A DNA stretch of 53,923 nucleotides, the filler included, from Bipalium vagum (lineage: Eukaryota): the NCBI GenBank assembly GCA_037834085.1. It is 3 parts of 3 records of this genome, joined end to end, with 100 filler letters (N's around TTAATTAATTAA, not from the genome) between each part and the next. Parts side by side here need not be neighbours in the genome. Positions count along the whole stretch, not along the records: positions 1 to 19,038 come from JBBMKC010012852.1; positions 19,139 to 35,583 come from JBBMKC010111029.1; 1 more part is not named here. One strand, written 5' to 3'. This document shows, one piece after another, positions 13,801 to 24,883 of the stretch (the stretch's first letter is position 1; each line of letters begins with the position of its first letter). A program made the position numbers and the translations under genes. Below the pieces are notes generated by a model. That model saw only the letters and a list, made by a program, of their open reading frames with translations, ran no database searches and was not told where the DNA came from.

Positions 13801-16800
13801 CGTTTCTTTTCATCTTTACACTCACCATTTTTAGTAAAGGCCATAGCGTGTCGACCACCAGAATGAACAGCAACTTTGACAATGAAGTATTTGTCAAGTG
13901 ACTCCATTTTCTTAGGACCAACCAATAAATCTGTAACTGGACCGATACCCAGTCTTCCATTTGATGGATCTCCGGCCACGTAAACTTTACCAGTCTTTGA
14001 AAGCAAAAAATTTCAACATCACTGAGAAATAATATCAATTACCCTTGTAACGCAAAATAAACTCTTGGAACCACCACTTATAGAAACACAATCGTATTCA
14101 GATAATGCTTCGTTCAAAATCGGTAATTTTACTTTGGACGTTGCCTCACAACCGAGTTGATCTTTGTCGTTCAATCCCCAGACATATACTTTGGATTTAA
14201 GCCTATTTTTCTGCTTAATATCACCCTGGCAGCTACAAGAGAAAAAGGACCAAAGGAGTGATCATTTTTAATAGATTTAAAACAATTTACCTGGATTCGA
14301 TGTCAAATGTTTTTGAATTTTCGTTTTCTACCTTCGGTTCAAATGGTGCATCTTTCGGTGAAACTTGTCCAATATTAAAATTAATTTGAAAACGTAGCTT
14401 GTTCATTCTGGCTTGTCGCCAGTTCACAATTGTATTATTGGCTATTTTGTCAATATCGGTCGGGAACAGATTCTTTTCACAAATTGAATAGACAGTTTTC
14501 AGTAAAGTGTCATTAGATGCGGACACTGAAAAATCTGGAACAGCGTTTTCATTTCTGATTCTGCGTACATCAGAATTCTGTAGCTTTGACAACTGAAAAT
14601 GGAAAGATTTTACGGCATTGAAAATAATTCTGTCGGAACAGGAATCATCAAATAGATCCAAGCTGTATATGCGGTTAGTAGAGTTAGGCTTTTCTTCAAA
14701 AATTTTCAGCCACATTAATTTCGATTCTGGGCTGTAAAACATTGACGAATTCATTATCATTTCCTCTTCTTTAAGCGAATGGACATCTGCTCGATAAACA
14801 GTTGACATTTTCCTCGATTTCGAACCGTCTTTTACAATAATATAACTGGGCAAAATAAGAAATTCACTGAGAGAAATCTGAAATAAAAAGGAGCATTAAA
14901 CCTAAGAAAATGTTTCGCATTTACCAATTTTATGGGTGCAATGAAAAATATGTACAGTAAGGAATAAAATCAAGAGTAAAATATTATGTAAAATATTATG
15001 ACTATACTTATTATGGAGATTTAATACCCTTAAATACCAGTAAGTGTTACACTTTTCGTTAGATTTCATAGACTGTAACGTAGTGTGTTCATTTGAAGTG
15101 AAAGCTCTCCAAAAATAACATTGGTAGGATTCTTAACTATAAAGGAAAAGATATATTTCCTTTGATTGAGAAATTTCCAAATATCATCGTTACAACATCA
15201 GTGTTTTAAGAATGAGGAATCAAGGATTTTCTTTCACGATGGTTTTCTGTGCCATAAAAGTCAGAGGGTGAAAGATTGGATTGCGAGAAAAAAATAGAAT
15301 GTGATAGACTTTCCTCCACAAACACAGATGAGTGCAATGGGGAAAAGCACAAGTGCGGATGCGGACGAAAGCCATTTTTTCCGAACTCGAAGATATGATT
15401 ATTGATTGGGATGCTAAGAGAAGAGCAGCATCGTTAGTTCTTCGACAAATTGATATTCAAAACTGTGCACTACAAGTGGCTTCACAATTTCACAATAGAC
15501 AGGAATGACTGTCTATCTTCAAATTCTTCATCTTACAATAAATAAGCCATTCAAAGACTTGCGCAGCGAAATAACAGAATACTTCGAAACAGAATGCAAA
15601 AAAAACGGATGTGAAAACTTCGTGAATCCAGATCTAAAAAAAGGTCATCACATGAATGAATAATTCGTGGAACAATATCAGTGACAGTTGCGTTCGCAAT
15701 GCACTAGAAGCAGGGTATTTGGGTAAAACATTCGCATTTAAGCATACCTTCATCGCAGAACATGAAAGATTTAGACGCAGGTTACGAATGAATTGGAACT
15801 ACAAGACTTCACTAATGCATTTGAGACTATTGGTACTTACGATAATATTCCTGAGTAAGATGAATTACTTATATATGAATAAATATTATTGAATATTTTA
15901 TTTATTTATTATTATTATAAGGTATGAACTGATTAAAAGGCATTGTACGACTTTTAGGTGAAGCCTTAAATATAATACATGTCCTGCAGTAACAGAAACA
16001 CTGTATAATCAATTAGAGTACTTCATTTAAGTTAACCTTTAATAAAATTAAAATTTTTAATATTTTCAAAAAAAAGCTAGAATTAGTTTATTTATTATTT
16101 TAGAAAGATTAAAATCAATAGTCTTAAATATGTTTCATTTTTTAATTTTATCAATTCACCATTTATAATAATAAATATAAATAAAAATTATATATATATC
16201 ATTTTTTGAAAATCTAACCAGCATGAAAATATTATTGACTTTAAAACCATCTGCAACTTTCACAAGAACATTATTATGAGTAACAGTAGCGTCAATATTT
16301 TTTATAGGAACTTGATGGTTCAATAAAAGGTTGGAAAAGGATAGACATTGCTTCAATTCACTTTTACTAAGTGAAGCTGTAACAGACAAGGTTTTCAATT
16401 TTCTACAATGATTAAAGCCATTTTCGGAATGAAGATTGTCTAAGACAGGGACGTTTTTATCACTCATCAAGGGAATTAAAATGTGATCGTGACTTCTTTG
16501 AAATTTCGAATAACAATCAAAACAAAGGAACAAGTTAGCACATTCCTTGCATTTGTAAGCTTGAATAGTCAGTGGTGTCTGAAAGGACATGAATTAAAAG
16601 GCAATAATCACTGAAAAGCACCATTACCTTTAAGCAATATTGACATTGGTAATTATGATAATTCTTCGATATCAACTTCAAATGCGACAAATCACAAATT
16701 TTCCCTAAATAATCAGGAAAGTCGACAACAAACTGAGAATTCATTTCATCATTTCCAATAATTTGGCGAACAATACCAGTTCTCAGTGCAGACATCTTGA

Positions 16801-17267
16801 TTCCAAACAGAATGAAATATTCAAAACACGACACCCAAAACCAAAACTTACAGCCGACACGGAATGATGCAGAATTCCAGACTCTGAAAATTTTACTTCA
16901 TCACCAATCAAGACTGGTGACAGAGGAGTAGAGAAAACATGAAAATTTCCTGCATCAGTTTCGAGAAATTGATTTAATTTTGTCCAGAACACGTTGTAGG
17001 TTTTTGATTGTTCATTCGTTGATAAATTTATCTGAATACCATTTCTATTTATACAACCAACTTTTTAAAATTATACTTACGTATCCCTTATCTCCAACCA
17101 AAATTGTATGAAAAGCATTTATACAAATGACATTTTCCAACGTACTAAAATCACTTGTCACTTTCTTCAGTTTCTCACTTTCTGAAGTCACAAGTTTATT
17201 GTCGCAATCTAAAGTGGAAACATATTTATAATAATGTCTACTCTCTTTCAAGAAAAACTGACATTTG
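35..17267 (-). CDS. HERC2: HERC2 giant E3 ubiquitin ligase, 3' half (CPH, ZZ zinc finger, DOC/APC10-like, RCC1-like domains RLD2 and RLD3, HECT); 5'-truncated at the assembly spacer
   Basis: Manually spliced GT-AG exons with consistent phases, in transcript order: 17081-17267, 16852-17031, 16628-16795, 16219-16578, 14291-14877, 14043-14232, 13826-13994, 13534-13769, 13195-13455, 13000-13137, 12659-12950, 12403-12589, 12091-12360, 8906-9069, 8261-8849, 7060-7264, 6796-7005, 6119-6742, 3925-4215, 1920-2745, 1637-1834, 1343-1583, 35-773 (about 2,430 codons). HERC2-diagnostic motifs: [80 protein letters not shown], and the HECT catalytic motif [14 protein letters not shown]. Confidence 0.96.
2850..2880. 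repeat. Short tandem repeat, unit CTGTTTGTCTCG, about 2.5 copies
   Basis: gctgtttgtctcgctgtttgtctcgctgttt is seen directly in the sequence. Confidence 0.7.
3330..3840 (+). mobile_element. Decayed pogo/Tc2-like (DDE_1) DNA transposon fragment with a right terminus
   Basis: Translation [27 protein letters not shown] matches the pogo-family NxxGWM...WL motif. It ends in GCAGCTTATACTTGGGATTTTACAG-TA, a TIR-like end with TA. Confidence 0.7.
4568..5017. mobile_element. 450-bp MITE with about 23-bp TIRs and a TA target-site duplication
   Basis: TA|CAATGCAACCTCTATTTTGGACC ... GGTCCAAGACAGAAGTTGCACTG|TA. Removing it restores the host transposase frame (GAA ATA TTG AAA ATT TCA CAG CCA). Confidence 0.85.
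5275..5800 (+). mobile_element. Mariner (DD34D-type) transposase catalytic-domain remnant
   Basis: [21 protein letters not shown], then [50 protein letters not shown]; interrupted by stops and frameshifts. Confidence 0.88.
9124..9876 (+). mobile_element. Tigger/pogo-like non-autonomous element with a duplicated left end
   Basis: TA|CAATGGGACCTCTCAAAAGTGACCACAAG... occurs at both 9124 and 9330 as a near-identical direct repeat of about 60 bp. The right end ..GGTCACATTTTTAGAGGTCCCACTG|TA at 9876 is its inverted partner. Confidence 0.8.
10049..10476. mobile_element. Tc1/mariner-type MITE, about 430 bp
   Basis: TAGGGTGCTTCAGAAAAAATCTGACAGG ... CCTACCAGATTTTCTCTGAAACACCCTA form an inverted repeat, flanked by TA. 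Confidence 0.82.
15190..15325 (+). mobile_element. Tc1-like transposase fragment
   Basis: [25 protein letters not shown] resembles the Tc1 FxxDxAxCHxxxxVxxW motif. Confidence 0.55.
15470..15870 (+). mobile_element. pogo-like DDE_1 transposase C-terminal remnant
   Basis: [18 protein letters not shown]..(frameshift)..[22 protein letters not shown] matches the pogo TxxLQPLDxxINKPFK...W motifs. Confidence 0.7.
16470..16665 (-). other. ZZ-type zinc finger of HERC2, split by intron 16579-16627
   Basis: Spliced sequence [10 protein letters not shown]|[32 protein letters not shown] shows the CxxC...CxxC...CxxC...HxH pattern. Confidence 0.85.
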
Positions 17268-17389
17268 CTTAAATAAGGAAAATCGAAATATTTTTGAAGT
17301 TTTAATGTCATGCATTAAATTTTTTCATATGAAGTTGGCAATTTATCATAAAGTAAAAGTAAATAAGAATTAGTGAACTCAGATAAAAT

Positions 17390-18400
17390 ATATTTTAAAA
17401 AGTAATCATAATAGCAATCATTTGCTTTAACGTATTTTTCCAAATGTGATACAACTTGATTTATGCCCATCTTTAAAAAAAGCTATGGTTCTGAACTGCA
17501 CAAATTCTTGAAAAGAATTTTCGACTGATCCACTGTCAGCAAATATTTTGTTTCTAACGAAATTATTCAGGTGATTGAAAAAGTGAAAAATAGTAAGATA
17601 AATGTCCAGTGATTACGGTGGAAGGGTTAAAATTTCAATATTAAGCTGATTGAGCTTATGCATAGTTAACGACAAAGAGATATGTGTACTCGCGTCATCT
17701 TACAGACTTACTATCTTTACATACTTTATGATTTACCAAAGAAGTGAAAATTTCTTTGAGCTTCTCATGAAAATTTTCTAGTTCACTGTAAAACTTTTCT
17801 GGGGTAGTTTTTGACATACAAAAAAAAGTTGTTTCAAAAAGTTTGTAGTGAATGATTCCTTGCATGAAATATCAAACAGTTATCAAGACTTTCTTACGCA
17901 GATTTGGTTTTTGCAATTGTCACTAACCAACAATTGATCTAATTGTTGTCTATTATCAAAAAGAAACCACTTTTTATCTTGGTTAATATGTGAGGTAAAA
18001 ATAGATTTATTTTTTTTAGAGAGCAATGATGAACTCACCTCCATCTGCCTCATTCTATGATTCTCTTGGAATTCATAAGGAACCCATTTATCCTTTTATC
18101 GTCCAAATAATTTTCAAATACCGCCAAATTCTTGCTAGGCTAACACTAAGATCTTTTACAAGCTCTTTCACTGTTACAAGTGGATTTTTTTCAACAAGAG
18201 TCTAAAACTTTTCATTTTCCAACACGGTGTCAGGATGTCAACGACTTTCATTTTCAAACCTTTATCGTCAAATTAAAATTAAAAGCAAAATCTAATTGTG
18301 TGATCCTTTAGAGCGCTTTGTCCAAATGCTTTGTCGATGTTTTCTATAGCTTTCTACATGTTATTACAAAATTAGTATTGCTACAATCCCGACTTTCCAT
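17390..18400 (-). mobile_element. Heavily decayed, near full-length mariner transposase (Hsmar1/cecropia-like)
   Basis: The minus strand reads ..DKKWFLFDNRQQ.. and KLNQLNIEILTLPP*SLD..FHFFNHLNNFVRNKIFADSGSVENSFQEFVQFR, paralleling the mariner DEKWILYDN and HPPYSPDL..HFFKHLDNF motifs. Confidence 0.8.
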
Positions 18401-19038
18401 TTTAAAGTTAATCGTTTAATAATAGAGCCAAATGGTTTTTTATTTAGACAAAAATTTAGAAACTGAAAGTATATAAAACTTATTCTTAAATGATATCAAA
18501 TACCTTTATAAAATATATGAATATCTAAACAAACGGTAATGTGAAAATACCTTTTTTTTATTGGCTACGTCATATGAAACAAAATGATATTTATTTTTTT
18601 AATAATGAAAAAATAAATTTTTTTATCAAAGTGCTTAAAGATAAACCCAGATATGATCCTCGTTGGAGGAAGATATTGATGAATGTCAACACATTTTAAC
18701 AGATCTTTATTTTTTTCATTCTTATAGAATCAGTTTCTAACATTTTTGAAAAAATGGAAAAATTTTGAAGTTATTTTTTATTTTAATGATTTTTATATAA
18801 GCTTTCTGTTTATTATTTTATGACAATTTAAAAATTTATAAAAAATAAAAATATTCGATTTATTTCTTATTGATATGATTTTCGAAATTATCAATACTCT
18901 ATTATATTTGATTGAACGAAACACTTGTTCCAATTTTTGGAAGAAAATTAAATTAATTATGCTCATGCTCAAAAGTGTTAGCCATGTAGAATTTATTACC
19001 AAAAATAAAGAAAATGTTTTATTTAACTGTTTTAATCT

Positions 19039-19138
19039 NNNNNNNNNNNNNNNNNNNNNNNNNNNNNNNNNNNNNNNNNNNNTTAATTAATTAANNNNNN
19101 NNNNNNNNNNNNNNNNNNNNNNNNNNNNNNNNNNNNNN
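19039..19138. other. Artificial assembly spacer N44-TTAATTAATTAA-N44
   Basis: Exactly 100 bp; the central palindromic 12-mer gives stop codons in all six frames; an identical copy lies at 35584-35683. Confidence 0.93.
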
Positions 19139-19149
19139 TTTAAAATTAC

Positions 19150-19232
19150 CAATTTACAATCCATTCCTGCATCTCCTTTATGACCAGGTAAACCTTTTTC
19201 ACCCTTTTGTGCAAAGCCAGCTGGTCGATCTC
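19150..19232 (-). CDS. Isolated collagen-like (Gly-X-Y) exon, 83 bp
   Basis: tttag|GA GAT CGA CCA GCT GGC TTT GCA CAA AAG GGT GAA AAA GGT TTA CCT GGT CAT AAA GGA GAT GCA GGA ATG GAT TGT AAA TTG|gtaatt encodes (G)DRPAGFAQKGEKGLPGHKGDAGMDCKL, with five consecutive Gly-X-Y triplets and canonical splice sites. Confidence 0.7.
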
Positions 19233-20323
19233 CTAAACTTAGATTTTATATATAAATATTTCTTTAAAAAATTCGGAAAAAAAGAAATTTAAAAATAAGT
19301 GAGTAATATCCAACCGAAACCAAAGAATTTAAAAAATCTTCAATATCATCAATTCATTTTTTTCCAAAGGAAATAAATAAAAAATATCATATTAATTAGT
19401 GATAAGATGGGAATCTCAAAATAATTATTAATCAACTTAAATTTCAAAGCATTGTATCAAATCATTATCAAAGCATTGTATTGATAAATCTCTTATTATT
19501 AATCTAAAAATTTCATTTAGGTACTGTGAAGAATATATTGAATAAAATTAAAGTTAACAAAGTATATGATAGCTGAAATTAATTATCAAATATTTCTTAA
19601 ATTAACTATTTTTTATTCAATATTTTTCCTATTCGTAATAAAATGTACAAGATACTTGTTTCCATTAGTCTTTTTAACAAACCTGCAATATTGCCATTAT
19701 TAACAATTTAATTAGGCATAAAAAATGAAATATATTTAATTAATTTCAATATTCCGTATTTTAGTGTCCCTTTATCAATATTTTCTATTTTATAATACAA
19801 ATCTGTTACTGGATATTCAGTGATCAACATTAACAACTTTATTGAAGTGTTAATGGCAATAATAACAAATCGAGAACATTATGTCAGAAAAAAATACCAA
19901 AGTAAAGAGAAAATAAAAATAACAAATTTAAAAACAAGCTTCTCGAAACAGTTTTTGTTTGAAATTCATTTGCACGAATTCAGTGCGATAATCACGAAAC
20001 TATAAATAAAAAATCCCGTAGGAATCGTCGTTTTAGCGTGTCAAAGAAAATCTGATTTTCATTTTGATGCACCATTCACACTGACACGGAACACACACAC
20101 AGATAAACGAGACATGCGAACAGACACATATTCCGGGGAATCCAATCCATCCACTCCGTGGCATTTGTATTTTACTGGTACAAGAATCGTGCCAACAGAA
20201 ATCATCATTCATATTGATTTTTACACCAGCAATGTGGGTGCAATTTGTGTATTTGTGTTTGTGATTTATATAAAATGTCCTATATTAATAAATATTCCTA
20301 GATATAATTTCGTAAATTTTTCG

Positions 20324-20380
20324 GTAAGTTCTTTTATTGATTTTCGAAAGATTCACTGATAATTTCATTTCGCTTTTCAG
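20324..20380 (+). other. Probable 57-bp 5'UTR intron of filamin
   Basis: GTAAGT donor at 20324 and TTTTCAG acceptor at 20380, 15 nt upstream of the ATG; the length matches the local modal intron size. Confidence 0.55.
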
Positions 20381-20395
20381 CTTTAGCCAACAGCA

Positions 20396-23300
20396 ATGTA
20401 TGATAATGGCGTTGAATATGAAGAAGATTACGATGGGTACGAGGACGAAGAAGAGATTCAAATGGCCGAACGTGAATTGGCTGAAGATGCGCAATGGAAG
20501 GTCATTCAAAAAAACACTTTCACTCGATGGGCAAATCAACATTTGAAACCCACAAATTTGTTTATAGACGATTTACAATATGATTTGGCTGACGGGATTA
20601 GGCTGATCAATCTTGTTCAAGAATTATCCGGATCTCAATTTCGGCACGTTCACAAACGACCAAATTTCAGAACTCAAAAACTGGAAAATGTTACGATGGT
20701 ATTGCGGTTTTTAGAAGAATCAGAGGGACTGCGTTTGGTTAATATAGGTATACAAATGGATTTTTAATTTTATCTTAAAATTTCAGAGAAATTTTTATTT
20801 TATTTCCTTCAGATAGTTCAGATATTACAGACTGTCGACTAAAACTAATTCTGGGTCTGATTTGGACTTTAATTTTACATTATTCAATCACAATACCTTT
20901 GTGGGAAGGGGAAGATCTCCAAACACAAGTAAAATTAGTTTTATTATTTCAAGATGAAGAAATTCTTCGCAGCTTTCTTTTGAATCTGATTTATTTATTA
21001 TAATTTTTAGGATGGTCAAGGGAAAGGTCCTTCACCGAAGCAAAGGTTATTGGGCTGGATAAATTCTAAAATGCCATACAAACCAGTGAAGAATTTCACA
21101 ACTGATTGGAAAGATGGAGTAGCAATCGGAGCATTGGTTGATGCTTGCGCACCTGGATTATGTCCGAACTGGTCCCAATGGGATCCTAAACAAGCTTTAA
21201 AGAATGCAAAGGAGGCCATGGATACTGCTGAAGAACACTTACAAGTGGCACAACTTATACAGCCACATGAAATGATTAATCCAAAAGTAGATGAAAAGGC
21301 AATGATGACTTACTTGAGTCAATTTCCAAATGCCAAATTAAATAATAATGCGCCTTTAAGACCAAAAACAAATTCAATGCGTGTCAGAGCATTTGGTCCT
21401 GGTCTCGAATTAGAAGGAAATTCAATTGGATCTCCAGCTAGATTTACAGTTGACACGTTTAATGCTGGAATGGGAAAATTGGATATAATTGTTCTTAATC
21501 CTAAAGGACAGAAAGAGCCGGTAACCAGTTGTAAATGCTAACTTCAAATTGATATAGATTTTTAGTGTGAAGCGATTGAGAACAATAACCAAGAATTAGC
21601 TTTCTCCTGTTGTTACATACCATCAATGGAAGGCGAATACAGAGTTATCATTAAGTTTGCAAACGCTGAAATTCCAAATTCGCCGTTTAAGGTGAATGTA
21701 AGAAGTACCATAGGGGATATCTCTAAAGTGGTAGCATCTGGACCAGGTATTGAACCAACTGGAAATGAAGTTGGCAGAAGAACATTTTTTAACGTCTTTA
21801 CTAATGGTATGTCAACTTATTCTCTTTTTGTCAAATAATATGCATTTCATTAAATCTATTAAGATGCTGGATCTGAACCAGTGGATGTTGTTATATTGGA
21901 TCCTCGTGGAAGAAAAGATGTAGTTAAACCGAAAACAACTAAACAATCTGAAGATAAATATTTAGTAGAATATACTCCAAAAGAAGAAGGCTTACATTCA
22001 GTAAATGTATTGTTCGGTGGAAGCCAAATTACATCATCTCCTTTTGGTGTAATGGTGGGACCAAGTAAAAGTATAATTAACAATTTCTAAATTTCTAATT
22101 TATTTTAGAAGCCACAAGTAAGAGAAACTGATCTTTTTCTTGAAATGTGAATGTTTATGTAAATACTCGGTTGTTTTTTCAATATTTATTTATGCTGATG
22201 ATGTAATTTTGAATGTCTCAAAGATTTTTCCTTATTAATATTTTGCACTGTATATAGATTGCTTACACATGAATTTTTGTTTGTTCAACTATAAAAATTC
22301 CAAGCTTGTCATTTAAAATTAAATTTGTAATTGGCTTCTCGACTAATCAAAAAATTATTTATTATTTTCTTATCTATTTTTTGATAATGACTATAATATT
22401 ATAATATATTATTTTTTTGAAATGTAACTAGAAATATCATTAGAAATAGTGTTATTACCATTCCATTAATTTAATTTATTATTATTAATTTATTAATTTA
22501 TTTTATTCTTTTTATATACGTAGTTTAGCTAAATCAAATAATAATCATCAATTAGCGATCCTTTTATTAATCACTTCACGAATGTTGAATTCTTAAAGAT
22601 CTTTATATAAATAAATAAATAAATAAAATTATAAATTATTATAAAAAATTATTAAGATTACGATTCAAAGCAAGCTTTTGCTACTGGAAGAGGAATTCAA
22701 CCAGAAGGATTAAGAGTTAGAGATTTAGCTGATTTTCAAGTGCACACAGAAGAAGCTGGATTTGCAGATTTAAATGTGAATGTTTATGGACCAGGTATAA
22801 CTTTTATTTTAAATTTTAGTATAATATCTATTATTTAGGAGGAAATTTGGAAAAATGTCAAATAAGAAAAACTAGTCCTAATCTTTATGATTGCTCTTAC
22901 GTTCCTCAAAGACCAGGGCCATATACTGTTGATATCAAATATGGAAATAATCCTATTCATTTAAGTCCATTCAATGTATATACAATTCGATAAATAGATC
23001 CATCTAACTTTTTTAAGGTTGAAGTAGGCCCTTATAAAGAATCCAAAATAAAGGCTTACGGTCCAGGTCTAACAGGAGGAATTGTAAATAAGCCAGCCTT
23101 TTTCCAAGTAGAAACAAATGGAGAAGCTGGAGCTTTAGGTATTCTTTTTTAGACCATGATATGTTTTAAACTTTTTATGAAGGACTTTCTATAAAGGGTC
23201 CGAGTGAAGCCAAAATAGATTGTGTAGACAATGGTGATGGTTCCGCTAATGTTACATATTGGCCAACAGTTCCTGGTGAATATGCAGTTCATATTTTGTG

Positions 23301-24811
23301 TGATGATGAAAATATTCCAAAGTCTCCATATATGGCACAAATACAGAATGATACTAAGCTTTTTGACCCATTACAAGTAGTTAATAATATATATATTATT
23401 TATTATTTTATTAACTCATTTTAGGTCACAGCATACGGTCCTGGTCTAAAATCAGGAATTCAAGCTAATAAACCCGCAGATTTCACTATTAATGCGAAAA
23501 ATGCTGGAAGTATAGCTCCAGTTAAAGCTGAATGTATAGATACCAATGGCCAATTAGTACCCATTCAGATTCGCGAAAATAATGATAGAACATATTCATG
23601 CCGTTACACTCCTAAGATCCAAGGGAAACATACAATCATTTTGTCGTATGGTGGAGTTAATATAAAAAGCAGTCCGTACAAAGTAATCATTCATAATCTA
23701 GTTTTTCTTATTTCTTAATTGTAAAAAGCAATATTTATTTAGAAAAATATTATAAATAATTAATAAAAAAATTATAATATAAAATTAGAAAATTAAATTA
23801 TAAAAAATATAAACAATGAACAATCATTAAAGATAAATATTGAAAACTCAAAAATAATTATATTTCATATGTTATAAATTTTATATTAATAAATTATAAA
23901 AATTAGTTAGTTATTAAATATAAATAAAAATATGGAAAATATAGATTTGATTAAGAATGTTAAATTATTCAGATAAATAATTCATTGAATTATTTATTTA
24001 TATAAGGTTCATCCTTATCTATTTCTTTGTAACAGACTGAAAAGTAAATGCAAATTTATAATNNNNNNNNNNNNNNNNNNNNNNNNNNNNNNNNNNNNNN
24101 NNNNNNNNNNNNNNNNNNNNNNNNNNNNNNNNNNNNNNNNNNNNNNNNNNNNNNNNNNNNNNNNNNNNNNNNNNNNNNNNNNNNNNNNNNNTTTGTGTAA
24201 CTGAAATTCTTTGTCAATATATATCGAACATAAATCCCAACAGTGAAAATCATTGTAAAATTCTCAAAAATCTAAAAAAAGACTGGATTTTTTAATATTA
24301 TTTTATATTAATTATATTTTAATTTTTCATGTTTTTTAATTTTATGTTTCAAGTTTTTAATAAATAAATATTTATAAAATTTTGGTTTAGGTTGATGTCG
24401 TTGAAGCATCAAATGCTGGTAATATTAAAGTATATGGTCCTGGAATCGAAAAGGCTAAAAAAAATAATGAGACTTATTTCATCGTTGACTGTAAAAATGC
24501 TGGCACTGGTAATTTTGCCTAATGAGATTTATGATTTACTTTCTAAACTTTAGGGGATATTGGAATTAGTGTTTTAGATGAAAGAATGAAAGATGTCCCT
24601 GTTATAACTGAAGATAAAGAAGATGGAACTTTTCAAATCAAATACACTCCCAGGACAGCCGGTCCAAATTATACTGTACAAGTTTTCTTTTCTGAAATTG
24701 AAGTACCTAAAAGCCCATTTAAAATTCCAATTGAAAGCGACTTTGATATTAAAAAATACAAAGTTGAAAATTTAAGCACAGGTAATAATACAGTTTTGAT
24801 ATTATTGTTAT

Positions 24812-24883
<72 letters not shown>

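Noticed and set aside
14925-15000. Possible extra HERC2 exon ending at a GTAAAT donor (14924)
   Set aside because: Splicing 16219 directly to 14877 already gives a gap-free DOC alignment, and no convincing acceptor or coding signal is present.
19083-19094. TTAATTAATTAA palindrome as a biological site (piggyBac target or homeodomain site)
   Set aside because: It is centred in exactly 44+44 Ns and repeated at 35628-35639, so it is a synthetic linker.
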